Assembly: GCA_049517335.1 (NCBI GenBank)
Contig: JBEKSD010000001.1
Coordinates: 64,001 to 128,000, forward strand
DNA from: Candidatus Omnitrophota bacterium
GTDB taxonomy: Bacteria > Omnitrophota > Gorgyraeia > Gygaellales > Profunditerraquicolaceae
Direction: 5' to 3'
DNA length: 64,000 nucleotides
How positions within the stretch are numbered: position 1 is the stretch's first letter; each line of letters opens with the position of its first letter. The position numbers and the translations under genes were made by a program. Of the stretch, positions 31,364 through 41,986 are shown piece by piece. The notes under the pieces were generated by a model that was given only the letters and a program-made list of their open reading frames with translations, did not search any database and had not been told where the DNA came from.

Positions 31364-32956
31364 ATGCCGAAAGATAATCATAAAGGATATTTATGCATGG
31401 TCTTGCACGGCCACCTTCCGTATGTGCGCCATCCGGAGCATGAGAATTTCCTTGAGGAGGATTGGCTGTATGAAGCAATTACCGAAACTTACATCCCATT
31501 GATTTCGGTCTTTGAAAAACTGGTTGAAGAAGGGGTAGACTTTCGTCTTACCATGACCTTAAGCCCGTCGCTTATTTCCATGTTAAGCGACCAGCTTTTG
31601 GAGGAACGCTACCTTAAGCATATAAACAAATCCATAGAACTTGCGCATAAGGAAGTTGAGCGGACCCATGCGCAGCCCGAATTTAACCGCTTAAGCTGGA
31701 TGTACCTTGATAATTTTACTCACGCCCGCAGTACCTTTGAAAAATACAACCGTAACCTAGTCTGGGCGTTCAAGAAATTCCAGGACCTAGGCAAGCTTGA
31801 AATCATTACCTGCGGCGCAACCCACGCTTATTTTCCGCTCATGGATACGCGTAGGGAATCGGTAAGGGCGCAAGTTAAGGTTGCGGTGGCTCATTACGAG
31901 AGCGTCTTCGGTAGAAAGCCTAAAGGCATCTGGCTTCCTGAATGCGGTTATCAGCCGGGGCAGGATGCGATATTAAAGGAATCCGGGATACGTTATTTCT
32001 TTACCGATTCACATGGCATATTACACGGTTCCCCGCGGCCAAAATACGGAGTGTTTGCCCCCGTGTATTGCAAAGGCACGAATGTCGCCTGCTTCGGCAG
32101 GGATCTTGAATCATCAAAACAGGTCTGGTCTTCAATTGAAGGCTACCCCGGAGATTACAATTACCGCGAGTTTTACCGGGATATCGGGTTTGACCTTGAA
32201 TACGAATATATCCGGCCCTATATACACCCCGACGGAGTAAGGATTAATACGGGGATTAAGTATTACCGTATTACCGGCTCAGGAGACAACAAGCAGCCGT
32301 ATGTCCCGGAATGGGCGCGTAACAGAACAGGGGAACACGCAGGTAATTTTATGTTCAACCGTCAGAAACAGGTGGGGTATCTTTATAGCTTTATGGGGAA
32401 GAAGCCGATAATTGTTTCTCCTTATGATGCCGAGCTTTTCGGCCACTGGTGGTATGAAGGCCCGCAGTGGCTGGATTTCCTTTTCAGGAAGATTGCTTAC
32501 GATCAGGACGACTTACGTTTGATTACGCCCTCAGAATATCTGGATGAAAATCCGCGTAATCAGGTAATCACGCCGTCAATGTCAAGCTGGGGATGGAAAG
32601 GCTACAGCGAGATGTGGCTGCAGGGGTCAAATGACTGGATATACCGCCATTTACACGTGGCTTCCGATAAGATGACCGAGCTGGCAAGGGAGTACACTAG
32701 TTGTAACGGCCTACTTAAGAGGGCATTAAACCAGGCATTGCGCGAGCTGCTCCTTGCCCAGAGCTCTGACTGGGCTTTTATCATGGGCACAGGCACGCAT
32801 ACAGCCTACGCGGTGCAGCGCACCAAGAACCATATTTTAAGGTTTAACCGCCTTTATGAAGATATTAAATCAAATTCAATTGACGAACAGTGGTTAGTCG
32901 ACATTGAATATAAAGACAATATATTCCCCGGAATAGATTACAAAGCACACAGTTAA
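31364..32956 (+). CDS. GH57 1,4-alpha-glucan branching enzyme (DUF1957 type)
   Basis: HGHLPYV, ETYIPL, WLPEC, YDAELFGHWW and LAQSSDW motifs. Confidence 0.92.
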   Translation: MPKDNHKGYLCMVLHGHLPYVRHPEHENFLEEDWLYEAITETYIPLISVFEKLVEEGVDFRLTMTLSPSLISMLSDQLLEERYLKHINKSIELAHKEVERTHAQPEFNRLSWMYLDNFTHARSTFEKYNRNLVWAFKKFQDLGKLEIITCGATHAYFPLMDTRRESVRAQVKVAVAHYESVFGRKPKGIWLPECGYQPGQDAILKESGIRYFFTDSHGILHGSPRPKYGVFAPVYCKGTNVACFGRDLESSKQVWSSIEGYPGDYNYREFYRDIGFDLEYEYIRPYIHPDGVRINTGIKYYRITGSGDNKQPYVPEWARNRTGEHAGNFMFNRQKQVGYLYSFMGKKPIIVSPYDAELFGHWWYEGPQWLDFLFRKIAYDQDDLRLITPSEYLDENPRNQVITPSMSSWGWKGYSEMWLQGSNDWIYRHLHVASDKMTELAREYTSCNGLLKRALNQALRELLLAQSSDWAFIMGTGTHTAYAVQRTKNHILRFNRLYEDIKSNSIDEQWLVDIEYKDNIFPGIDYKAHS

Positions 32957-32958
32957 TA

Positions 32959-33678
32959 ATGCGGCATATTAATAAAATACCCGGCCACATCGCCATTATT
33001 ATGGACGGCAACGGCAGATGGGCTAAAGAGAGGCGCCTTCCCCGTACTGCCGGGCACCGCGAGGGCGTAAAAAGGATTAAGGAAGTTGTCAAGGCTGCGG
33101 GGGATATGGGAATAAAATTCATAACGTTTTTCGCGTTTTCTACCGAAAACTGGGCTCGCTCAAAAAATGAAATAGATATGCTGCTGCGTCTTTTGGATAA
33201 TTTCCTTGAGCGCGAGGTAAAAGAGCTAGATAAGAATAATATACGTTTTCTGGTGATCGGCAGGAAAGAGCCTGTCCCGGCCGCTTTACAGAAAAAAATA
33301 GCGGCGGCGCAGGAAATGACTAAAAATAATTCAGCTATGACCGTAATCCTCGCTTTAAATTACGGCTCGCGCCAGGAGATTGTGGATGCGGCGAAGGATT
33401 TTGCAAGAGACGTAAAGAGCGGCAGGATTAGGATAGAGGATTTAGATGAGAAAGTTTTTTCCGGTTATCTTTATACAGCCGGCATTCCGGACCCTGATCT
33501 TTTAATACGCACAAGCGGGGAGATACGCATCAGCAATTTTCTTCTCTGGCAGTTATCATATAGTGAACTTTATTTTCCCGGCATTTATTGGCCGCAGTTT
33601 AATAGAAGAGAACTTTTGAAAGCAATAAGGGAGTTTCAGGCTAGGGAGAGGAGATTTGGAAAGGCCGATGCTGTTTAA
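32959..33678 (+). CDS. uppS: Undecaprenyl diphosphate synthase
   Basis: IMDGNGRWA, FSTENW and IRTSGE motifs. Confidence 0.96.
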   Translation: MRHINKIPGHIAIIMDGNGRWAKERRLPRTAGHREGVKRIKEVVKAAGDMGIKFITFFAFSTENWARSKNEIDMLLRLLDNFLEREVKELDKNNIRFLVIGRKEPVPAALQKKIAAAQEMTKNNSAMTVILALNYGSRQEIVDAAKDFARDVKSGRIRIEDLDEKVFSGYLYTAGIPDPDLLIRTSGEIRISNFLLWQLSYSELYFPGIYWPQFNRRELLKAIREFQARERRFGKADAV

Positions 33679-34462
33679 AAGGATAGTCAGCGCAATATTC
33701 CTTATCGGGATAATCATGGGAGTAATTTTCGTAGATTGGCTCTGCGGTTTATTTGTTACCCTTTTTATAATTATCGGACTTTATGAGTTCTTTAGCATGC
33801 TTGAAAAGAAGGGGGTCACTACCTACAAGTATGTCGGTATAGGCATGGGTATAATTATACCTCTTTCAATTGCTTTCCATTTTGAGCCGACAAAGAGCTG
33901 GGAATTGTTATTTATAGTTTTGGCCCTTCTTTTTTTAATACTCATGCAGTTTCGCAGAAGGGCAAATGACGGCGTTATTGTGGATATTTCAACCACTCTT
34001 TTCGGTATACTTTATGTTTCCTGGTTTTTTAGTTTTTTGATTAAAATAAGGTATTTACCCGGCGGACTGGGGATCCTGGGGGCGTTGTTATTAATTACGA
34101 AATTCGGGGATATAGGCGCATTTTTAGTGGGTATTTCCGTAGGGAAAACCCCGTTAATCCCGCGCATAAGCCCTAAAAAGACAGTGGAAGGGGCTTTGGG
34201 AGGAATGATTTTTAGTATTATAGCTGCGATAGCAAGCAAGCCTATGTTGCATTTTAGCTATATACATTTAATCCTGCTTGCTATCGGCTTAAGTATACTC
34301 GGCCAGTTGGGAGACCTTTCCGAATCGCTGATTAAGCGCGATTGCGGGATTAAAGATTCAGGTAAACTCCTGCCGGGCATGGGCGGTATCCTGGATGAAA
34401 TTGACAGCTTGTTATTTACTGCTCCGGTGTTTTATTTCTACATGAGTATTTTTAACAGATGA
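33668..34462 (+). CDS. cdsA: Phosphatidate cytidylyltransferase
   Basis: ISPKKTVEG and GDLSESLIKR...KDSG motifs; multi-TM protein. Confidence 0.94.
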   Translation: MLFKRIVSAIFLIGIIMGVIFVDWLCGLFVTLFIIIGLYEFFSMLEKKGVTTYKYVGIGMGIIIPLSIAFHFEPTKSWELLFIVLALLFLILMQFRRRANDGVIVDISTTLFGILYVSWFFSFLIKIRYLPGGLGILGALLLITKFGDIGAFLVGISVGKTPLIPRISPKKTVEGALGGMIFSIIAAIASKPMLHFSYIHLILLAIGLSILGQLGDLSESLIKRDCGIKDSGKLLPGMGGILDEIDSLLFTAPVFYFYMSIFNR

Positions 34463-35613
34463 AAAATATCGCCATACTCGGCTCAACCGGTTCAATCGGC
34501 AGAAATGCTTTGGAAGTCATTAGGAATTTCCGGAGTGAATTCAAGGTAACGGCCTTAAGCGCGAATTCCGACGTAGATGCGCTCTATAAGCAGGCCAAAG
34601 AATTTAAGCCTAAATTTATCTGCGTAAGCGATAACTCCGCGGCCGTAAAACTAAGCTCAAGGCTGGGCTCAAGGTTTAAGGTTTTTACGGGAGAAGAAGG
34701 CTTAAAAGAGCTGGTTAAGGAAAAAATTATTGAACAGGTCTTAATCGCTATAAGCGGAAGCAGTGCGCTTATGCCCTTGCTTTCGGCTTTGGATAGCGGA
34801 AAACAAATAGCTTTAGCCAACAAAGAAGCGCTGGTTATGGCGGGAGCAATAGTCATGGAGCGCGCAAAGAAACATAAAGCGGAAATCCTGCCGATAGACA
34901 GCGAGCAGTCGGCAATATGGCAGTGCCTGGAGGGGGAGGATAAGAATCGCTTGAGAAGCATTTATCTGACTGCTTCAGGAGGGCCTTTCAGGAAAACAGC
35001 GGAAAAAAATTTAAAGCGCATTTCCATAAGAGAGGTCTTAAAGCATCCGCGCTGGAAGATGGGTAGGAAAATTACGGTTGATTCGGCAACCCTGATGAAT
35101 AAAGGTCTAGAGCTACTGGAGGCGATGTTCCTTTTTAATATTCCGGCGGAGAAGATCAGGATACTGATTCATCCTGAGGCTATAGTGCACTCCATGGTTG
35201 AATTTAGCGACGGCGTGGTCCTAGCGCAGCTTTCAAATACCGATATGCGCATACCCATTCAATATGCGCTCACTTACCCAAAGCGGCTTAAGAATTCTTT
35301 ACCGGGGGTGAATTTTTTTAAGTTGAAAGCATTGAATTTTGAGAAACCCGATTTTAAGAAATTTCCCTGTTTGGGGTTGGCATATAAGGTAGCGGATGAA
35401 CTGGGCACGGCCCCTGCGGTCATGAATGCTGCCAATGAAGCAAGCGTTGATGAGTTCCTGAAAAGGCGGCTTGCCTTTACAAAAATAAGCGTAGTCATTG
35501 AGAAGGTGCTTTCTAGGCACAAGAATGTCTCGTGCCCAGGTCTTCGTGATATACTTGAAGCAGATAAATGGGCAAGGCACGAAGCGTATAAAATCATAGG
35601 CAGTCTGAATTAA
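34459..35613 (+). CDS. dxr: 1-deoxy-D-xylulose-5-phosphate reductoisomerase
   Basis: LGSTGSIG, LANKE, DSE, TASGGPF and MNKGLE motifs. Confidence 0.96.
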   Translation: MKNIAILGSTGSIGRNALEVIRNFRSEFKVTALSANSDVDALYKQAKEFKPKFICVSDNSAAVKLSSRLGSRFKVFTGEEGLKELVKEKIIEQVLIAISGSSALMPLLSALDSGKQIALANKEALVMAGAIVMERAKKHKAEILPIDSEQSAIWQCLEGEDKNRLRSIYLTASGGPFRKTAEKNLKRISIREVLKHPRWKMGRKITVDSATLMNKGLELLEAMFLFNIPAEKIRILIHPEAIVHSMVEFSDGVVLAQLSNTDMRIPIQYALTYPKRLKNSLPGVNFFKLKALNFEKPDFKKFPCLGLAYKVADELGTAPAVMNAANEASVDEFLKRRLAFTKISVVIEKVLSRHKNVSCPGLRDILEADKWARHEAYKIIGSLN

Positions 35614-35617
35614 ATTT

Positions 35618-36697
35618 ATGTTCACTTTACTTATTTTCATTATTATTTTAAGCGTACTTATCATAGCCCATGAATTCGGCCATTTTTATGCCGCAAAAAG
35701 GGTGGGGGTAAGGGTAGAAAAATTTTCTTTGGGGTTCGGGCCGCAGCTGTTCAGGAAGAAAAAAGGCGATACGGAATATAGCATTTCAGCCATTCCTTTA
35801 GGTGGGTTCGTAAAATTAGCTGGGGATAATTTGGAAGAGTATAAAGGAAAACAGGATGAGTATTTTTATAAAACTCCGGGTGAACGTTGTCAGATTATAT
35901 TTGCCGGCCCTTTTCTTAATTATGTCTTGGGCTTTTTGGTTTTCTGGCTTATATTTGTTTCAGGGTACCCCACGCTAACTGCTAAGGTGGGCAGCGTGCT
36001 TGACGGCTACGGCGCAAAGGAAGCCGGGATTGAAGCAGGCGATAAAATAATGTCTGTTGACGGGGTCAATGTGGATTATTGGGAAGATGTGCAGAGGCAG
36101 GTAGCTAACAGGCAAGCTGCTGACAAAGTAAAACTTATTATTAAACGCAACGAGCAGGTTATGTCACTGGAGGTCAAAATTAAAGAGAAAGAAGTCAGTG
36201 ACCAGTTGGGCTCCAAGCGTTCAATTGGGCTAATCGGGATTACGCCTTATGATGAAATAGTCAGGGTTAGGCACGGTTTATTTTCTTCATTAATTTTAAG
36301 CACAAAGCAGGTCTGGAATATAACTTTGAGCACTTATAAGGGCCTCTGGTTCCTGATAACGGGGAAAATTTCTGTGCGTGATTCGGTAACCGGGCCTTTA
36401 GGCATATTCCTTATTACTTCAAAAGCAGCAAATATGGGTCTGGTTGCGTTGTTGCATCTGGTTGCGGTTTTAAACATAAGCTTGGGACTGTTTAACCTTC
36501 TGCCCTTACCGGTACTGGATGGCGGGCATATAATCTTATTGGGCATTGAGAAGATAAGGAAAAGAGCCTTGAGCCTTAAGGCTGAGGAGATAATTACAAA
36601 AATTGGACTCTCGTTGATTATCACGCTTGTGGTTTTTGTTACCTATAACGATATTTTAAGGATTTTCGGGGATAAGTTCAATAAATTCATAAAATGA
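35618..36697 (+). CDS. rseP: RIP metalloprotease RseP
   Basis: HEFGH motif, PDZ domain, NLLPLPVLDGG. Confidence 0.95.
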   Translation: MFTLLIFIIILSVLIIAHEFGHFYAAKRVGVRVEKFSLGFGPQLFRKKKGDTEYSISAIPLGGFVKLAGDNLEEYKGKQDEYFYKTPGERCQIIFAGPFLNYVLGFLVFWLIFVSGYPTLTAKVGSVLDGYGAKEAGIEAGDKIMSVDGVNVDYWEDVQRQVANRQAADKVKLIIKRNEQVMSLEVKIKEKEVSDQLGSKRSIGLIGITPYDEIVRVRHGLFSSLILSTKQVWNITLSTYKGLWFLITGKISVRDSVTGPLGIFLITSKAANMGLVALLHLVAVLNISLGLFNLLPLPVLDGGHIILLGIEKIRKRALSLKAEEIITKIGLSLIITLVVFVTYNDILRIFGDKFNKFIK

Positions 36698-37752
36698 TTC
36701 GGCCAAGGCATAAGACAAGGGTAGTCAGGATAGGCAATGTTCTAATCGGAGGGAATAATCCGGTAGCCATCCAGTCTATGGCTAAGTTTAAGACCTCTGA
36801 TGCCATAAGGACGCTAAAGCAAATTAAGGAGCTGGAAAACGCAGGGTGCGAAATTATCCGGGTTGCCGTTAAAGACAGCGAAGACGCGCGTGCGATAAAG
36901 CAATTGAAACGGCAGGTAAGGATACCGATAGTCGCGGATATTCATTTTAGCTGGAAATTGGCCATTGAGTCAATTGAAAACGGCGCGGATAAAATAAGGT
37001 TGAATCCGGGTAATATCCAAAAAGAAAAAGAGGTAAAGCAGATAGTCAGCGCTTTAAAAACCGCTAAGATACCTTTGCGCATAGGCCTTAACTCAGGTTC
37101 CGTTAAAGGTGCGGGCTCAAAAAAACTTTCTATGAGCGATAAGCTTATAGAGCGCGCGCTTAGCTACATTAAAAGAATAGAGAGGTTAAAATTCCACAAT
37201 CTAGTTATTTCGCTAAAGGCTAATAATGTAATGGATACGGTTGAGGCGTATAGAAAGATTTCCAAACTTTGCAATTATCCTTTGCATCTTGGAGTTACTG
37301 CTACCGGTTCTCCCTCTAAAGGCATCATTAAGTCCAGTATTGCCTTAGGGGCTTTATTATTGGAAGGTATAGGGAATACAATAAGGGTATCTCTTACGGA
37401 AGATCCGGTAAAAGAAGTGGAAGCTGCGCGTTGCATATTGGAAGCAGTGGGTTTAAGGAGATTCGGGCCGGATATCGTCAGTTGTCCTACCTGCGGTAGA
37501 TGCGAGGTGGATCTGGCGAAAATAGTAAGAGAATTAGAGAATTCGTTATCCGGTTCTACCAGCAAACCGATAAAATTGGCAGTCATGGGGTGCGTTGTCA
37601 ACGGCCCCGGAGAAGCAATGGAGGCGGATATCGGAGTTGCTTTCGGAAAAAAAGAAGGCATGCTTTTTAAAAAGGGCAGGGCCGTAGCTAAAGTTTCATT
37701 CGAGAACTGCGCAAAAGTCCTGCTTAGCGAAATGGAGAAGCTCAATGGTTAG
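36694..37752 (+). CDS. ispG: HMBPP synthase
   Basis: IQSM, ADIHF, RLNPGN, CPTCGR and MGCVVNGPGE motifs. Confidence 0.96.
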   Translation: MIRPRHKTRVVRIGNVLIGGNNPVAIQSMAKFKTSDAIRTLKQIKELENAGCEIIRVAVKDSEDARAIKQLKRQVRIPIVADIHFSWKLAIESIENGADKIRLNPGNIQKEKEVKQIVSALKTAKIPLRIGLNSGSVKGAGSKKLSMSDKLIERALSYIKRIERLKFHNLVISLKANNVMDTVEAYRKISKLCNYPLHLGVTATGSPSKGIIKSSIALGALLLEGIGNTIRVSLTEDPVKEVEAARCILEAVGLRRFGPDIVSCPTCGRCEVDLAKIVRELENSLSGSTSKPIKLAVMGCVVNGPGEAMEADIGVAFGKKEGMLFKKGRAVAKVSFENCAKVLLSEMEKLNG

Positions 37753-39004
37753 AATAATCAAAGACAAAATCCGTAAACAGTTTATCGCAAAGCATTCCAG
37801 CCTATTCGTTGATGAGAAGGCTGATTCGGGAGAGATAAGGAATGCGATAGCTTATTTGTTGGATGATACGATAATGCGCGAGCATATGAAGGTGTCCGAA
37901 GAAGATAAAATGAGGGTTATTAACGAGCTAAGCGATGAATTTAGCGGCTTAGGCCCGATAGAGAACCTCGTAAAAGACCCAGATATAACTGAAATCATGA
38001 TTAACGGTCCGCAGAAAGTTTACATTGAAAAACACGGGGAGACGAAATTATCAGAGGTGACTTTTGATAATGAACAGCAGTTGATGGCCCTTATATATAA
38101 AATACTTGCTCCGACAAGGCGCAGGGTAGATGAATCATACCCTTACACGGATGTTTCAATGAAGGACGGCTCCCGCGTTAATATCATTATCCCTCCTTTG
38201 GCATTAAACGGGCCGACTGTCACAATCAGGAAGTTTTCCAAAGAGATACGTACGGTGGAAGATTTGGTAAAACTCAACACCATGGATAAGCGCATGGCTG
38301 ATTTTATGGTTAATTGTATCAAGGCTAAAGCAAATATAATTTTTTCCGGCGCAACCGGCTCAGGTAAAACTACTACTGTCGGGGTCCTCTCAGCTTATAT
38401 CGAAGAGAAAGAGCGTATCGTTACCATTGAGGACACTGCGGAGCTTCATTTTAATCAGGAGCACGTAGTCCGGCTTGAGGCGCGCACTCCGAATATAGAA
38501 GGTAAAGGCGAAGTTACCATCAGGGATTTGTTCAAAAACTGTTTACGTATGCGGCCGGAAAGGATTATTTTGGGGGAAATCAGAAGCTCGGAAGCATTGG
38601 ATATGCTGCAGGCGATTTGTTCCGGGCACACCGGCTCATTAGCGGTTTTACACGCTAATTCCCCGCAGGAAGTAATCTACCGGCTTGAGACCATGATTTT
38701 ATCTTCAGGGGTACCCATTAGTTTAGCGGCAATCCACCGCCAGATTGCCGCCGCAGTACATTTAATCATCCAGCAGGAACAGCTCATTGACGGGATAAGA
38801 AAAATAACCCATATTACTCAGGTCAACGGCTTAAAGGACGGGCAGGCTAATTTGGAGGATTTATTCTTATATGATATTGAAAGCATAGACGATAAGGGAA
38901 AAGTGAAAGGCAGATGGAGGGCAACCGGAGTAAAGCCCGTTTTCATGGGGATATTCAAAAAAGCAGGGATTAATTTAGGGGAGGAAATCTTTAAAAAGGA
39001 TTAA
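37745..39004 (+). CDS. cpaF: CpaF/TadA family secretion ATPase
   Basis: GLGPIE, DGSRVN, GATGSGKT, TIEDTAE and LRMRPERIILGE motifs. Confidence 0.9.
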   Translation: MVRIIKDKIRKQFIAKHSSLFVDEKADSGEIRNAIAYLLDDTIMREHMKVSEEDKMRVINELSDEFSGLGPIENLVKDPDITEIMINGPQKVYIEKHGETKLSEVTFDNEQQLMALIYKILAPTRRRVDESYPYTDVSMKDGSRVNIIIPPLALNGPTVTIRKFSKEIRTVEDLVKLNTMDKRMADFMVNCIKAKANIIFSGATGSGKTTTVGVLSAYIEEKERIVTIEDTAELHFNQEHVVRLEARTPNIEGKGEVTIRDLFKNCLRMRPERIILGEIRSSEALDMLQAICSGHTGSLAVLHANSPQEVIYRLETMILSSGVPISLAAIHRQIAAAVHLIIQQEQLIDGIRKITHITQVNGLKDGQANLEDLFLYDIESIDDKGKVKGRWRATGVKPVFMGIFKKAGINLGEEIFKKD

Positions 39005-39005
39005 T

Positions 39006-40271
39006 ATGCGCTGGAGAAAAACTTTCATACCCACATTAAAAGAAGTACCGCAGGAAGCGGAGTCAGTCAGTCATCAGTTGTTGTTGCGCGCGGGCCTCAT
39101 ACGTATGCTTATGGCAGGCAGTTATTCTTACCTGCCGCTGGGCCTTAAGGTATTGAGCAACGTTGAGATGATTATCAGGCAGGAAATGCAGGCAATAGGA
39201 GCTGCTGAGCTGCTCCTGCCGGCATTGCAGCCTTTGGAATTGTGGCAAAAAACAGGCCGGGATAAGGATATCGGAGAAGTAATGTTTAAGCTTAAAGACC
39301 GGCGGGGAAGGAACGTCTGTCTTGGGCCGACACACGAAGAAATCATTACGGAATTAATAAAAAACCATATTTCAAGTTACCGCCAGCTGCCGCTTGTCCT
39401 CTACCAGATACAGACAAAATTCCGCGACGAAATCCGGCCGCGTTTCGGGTTAATCAGGGCCTGCGAATTTATTATGAAGGACGCCTATAGTTTTGATTCT
39501 GATGAAGCGGGGCTGGATAAGAATTATGAGTTAATGTTTAAAGCTTATAAGAGGATTTTTAAAAGGTGTGGGCTTCATGTTTTAATCACCGAAGCTGATT
39601 CTGGGGTTATGGGAGGCAAGGTCTCCCATGAATTTATGGTTGCGGCCAAAGACGGAGAAGACAGGGTTTTGCTTTGCTCGGCCTGTTCTACCGTGGTAGC
39701 TTTTAAGGAAGGCCAGAACGAAACCTGCCCTAAATGCCGGAAAAAGGCGGATATAGTAAACGCAATTGAGGTAGGCCATATTTTTAAGTTAGGTGTAAAA
39801 TACAGTAACGCCTTGGCTGCAAAGTTCCTGGACGCGCAGGGCAAGCAGCGCGATTGTATTATGGGGTGTTACGGTATAGGGGTCTCACGCATGATTTCAG
39901 CCATAATTGAACAGAATAATGACCCGTCCGGAATTATCTGGCCCCAAGAGGTGGCTCCTTATAAAGTAATAATTATAGCCCTTGACGTCACGGAAAAGAA
40001 GATTATTGAGAGCGCGGAATCTTTTTACAGGGAACTGGAAGAAAACAATATTGAGACTCTGTTTGATGACCGCGATGAAAGGGCGGGGGTTAAATTCAAA
40101 GACGCCGATTTGCTCGGTATCCCGCTCCAGCTCATTATCGGCAAATCTTCGCTTAAAGACGACACGTTGGAATTAAAATTACGTAAGGATGGAAAAAAAA
40201 TAGTCAAAACAAAAACGGAGATATTGGATGTAATAAAGGGATATATCCATGGACAGGCAGGCGGTTATTGA
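39006..40271 (+). CDS. proS: Prolyl-tRNA synthetase, short form
   Basis: GPTHEE, FRDEIRPRFG, MKDAYSF, EVGHIF and GCYGIG motifs. Confidence 0.96.
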   Translation: MRWRKTFIPTLKEVPQEAESVSHQLLLRAGLIRMLMAGSYSYLPLGLKVLSNVEMIIRQEMQAIGAAELLLPALQPLELWQKTGRDKDIGEVMFKLKDRRGRNVCLGPTHEEIITELIKNHISSYRQLPLVLYQIQTKFRDEIRPRFGLIRACEFIMKDAYSFDSDEAGLDKNYELMFKAYKRIFKRCGLHVLITEADSGVMGGKVSHEFMVAAKDGEDRVLLCSACSTVVAFKEGQNETCPKCRKKADIVNAIEVGHIFKLGVKYSNALAAKFLDAQGKQRDCIMGCYGIGVSRMISAIIEQNNDPSGIIWPQEVAPYKVIIIALDVTEKKIIESAESFYRELEENNIETLFDDRDERAGVKFKDADLLGIPLQLIIGKSSLKDDTLELKLRKDGKKIVKTKTEILDVIKGYIHGQAGGY

Positions 40272-40707
40272 AGAACTGAAACTAATCATTGAAGGGTACT
40301 TAAAGGAAAATAATCTTGAGTTGGTGGATTTTGTTTACCGTTATGAAGGCAGGAACCTTATATTAAGGGTTATAGCAGACCGGCCCGAAGGCGGGATAAC
40401 TATGGATGAATGCGCTCAACTGAACAGGCAGATAGGCGCCATATTAGACCAAAAAGACATTATTCAGGCAAAATATATTCTGGAAGTTTCTTCCCCTGGG
40501 CTTGACAGGCCTCTGAAGAGTAAAAACGACTTTGCCCGCTACCTAAACAGGAAGGTCAAATTTTTCTTAAATGATTTCATAAACGGTAAGCTTGAGTGGG
40601 ACGGCGTAATCATCCGAACGGATGACAAATCGGTATACGTCGATATAGAAGGCAGTATTGTTGAGATATCTTATGCGAAAATAGCCAAAGCAAAACAGGT
40701 AATTTAG
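40249..40707 (+). CDS. rimP: Ribosome maturation factor
   Basis: LEVSSPGLDRPL motif; precedes nusA. Confidence 0.95.
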   Translation: MDRQAVIEELKLIIEGYLKENNLELVDFVYRYEGRNLILRVIADRPEGGITMDECAQLNRQIGAILDQKDIIQAKYILEVSSPGLDRPLKSKNDFARYLNRKVKFFLNDFINGKLEWDGVIIRTDDKSVYVDIEGSIVEISYAKIAKAKQVI

Positions 40708-40722
40708 GATTGGAGAAAAAAT

Positions 40723-41967
40723 ATGAGTCAGGAATTACTCGCAATTATTGAACAGATTGAAAGAGAAAAAGGGATAAAAAAAGAAGTCTTAATACAGGCG
40801 GTTGAAAGTGCTTTATTGAGCGCGGCAAAAAAAGTTATTGATTTAAAACCTGAAGAGGAATTTAAAGTTGAACTTAATCCGGCAACAGGCAATATTAAAG
40901 CCTTCCGTAATAATGAAGAAGTGACTTCCATTGATTTCGGCCGCATTGCCGCCTCAACCGCGCGGCAGGTCATTATCCAGAAAATGCGCGAAGCTGAGAA
41001 AGACGTGGTTTTTAACGAATTTCAGGGTCGGGTGGGGGAAATTGTCAGCGGTATGGTTTACCGTTTTGAAAAAGGAAATATCATCGTTGACCTTTTAGGT
41101 AAAGCCGAAGGCCTGTTGCTTAAAAGAGAACAATCGCCGAAAGAAGAGTTCAAGCAGGGACAGCGTATGCGCGCTTTTGTTTTGGAGGTAAAGAAAGAAG
41201 CACGGGGGGCGCAGATTATCCTTTCCCGCGCGCACCCTAATTTCGTCAGGAAATTATTTGAACTTGAAGTTCCTGAAATTTACGAAGGTATCGTGGAAAT
41301 TAAATCTATATCCCGTCAGGCGGGCGAACGCACGAAGATCGCGGTTGCGTCCAAGAACGATAAAGTTGACTCGGTTGGCGCCTGCGTGGGGATGCGCGGT
41401 AACCGCGTGAGGAATATCGTCAATGAAGTGCAGGGGGAAAAAATAGATATTGTCCGTTACAGCGAGGATATCCGGGAATATATCAAAGCCGCGCTTTCGC
41501 CGGCAAAAGTAGCCGAGATAAAAATGGATAAAGAGAACAATAAAGCGGTAGTCATCGTAGAAGACGACCAGTTGTCTCTGGCAATAGGTAAGCACGGCCA
41601 GAATGTCCGTCTTGCTTCGCGTTTAGTGGGATGGGAACTGGATATACGCACTAAGACCGCTGCTAAAGAAGAAGCCGAGAAACAGGCGGCTTTGGCAGAA
41701 GTAGCTACGGCTAAAGAAACGCAGGAGCGGGAAGAAGTTCCTGTTGAAAAGCCGAAGGCTAAGGAGAAAAAAAAGAAAAAGAAAGCAGAAGCCGGTTTGC
41801 CGGAGTTACCCGGTATAGGAGAGAAGACCCTGGAAAGCTTAAAAGGTGCAGGTTATAAAAACGTAAATGATATCGTTAATGCGACTATTGAGGATTTGAC
41901 CAAAATAAAAGGCATCGGCGAGAAGAAAGCGGAAAAGATTATCGCTGAAGCTAAGAAATTAAAATAA
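40723..41967 (+). CDS. nusA: Transcription factor NusA with C-terminal HhH repeats
   Basis: FGRIAA, S1/KH domains, AIGKHGQNVRLA. Confidence 0.96.
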   Translation: MSQELLAIIEQIEREKGIKKEVLIQAVESALLSAAKKVIDLKPEEEFKVELNPATGNIKAFRNNEEVTSIDFGRIAASTARQVIIQKMREAEKDVVFNEFQGRVGEIVSGMVYRFEKGNIIVDLLGKAEGLLLKREQSPKEEFKQGQRMRAFVLEVKKEARGAQIILSRAHPNFVRKLFELEVPEIYEGIVEIKSISRQAGERTKIAVASKNDKVDSVGACVGMRGNRVRNIVNEVQGEKIDIVRYSEDIREYIKAALSPAKVAEIKMDKENNKAVVIVEDDQLSLAIGKHGQNVRLASRLVGWELDIRTKTAAKEEAEKQAALAEVATAKETQEREEVPVEKPKAKEKKKKKKAEAGLPELPGIGEKTLESLKGAGYKNVNDIVNATIEDLTKIKGIGEKKAEKIIAEAKKLK

Positions 41968-41986
41968 AGTTGAAAGGCGAATTATT

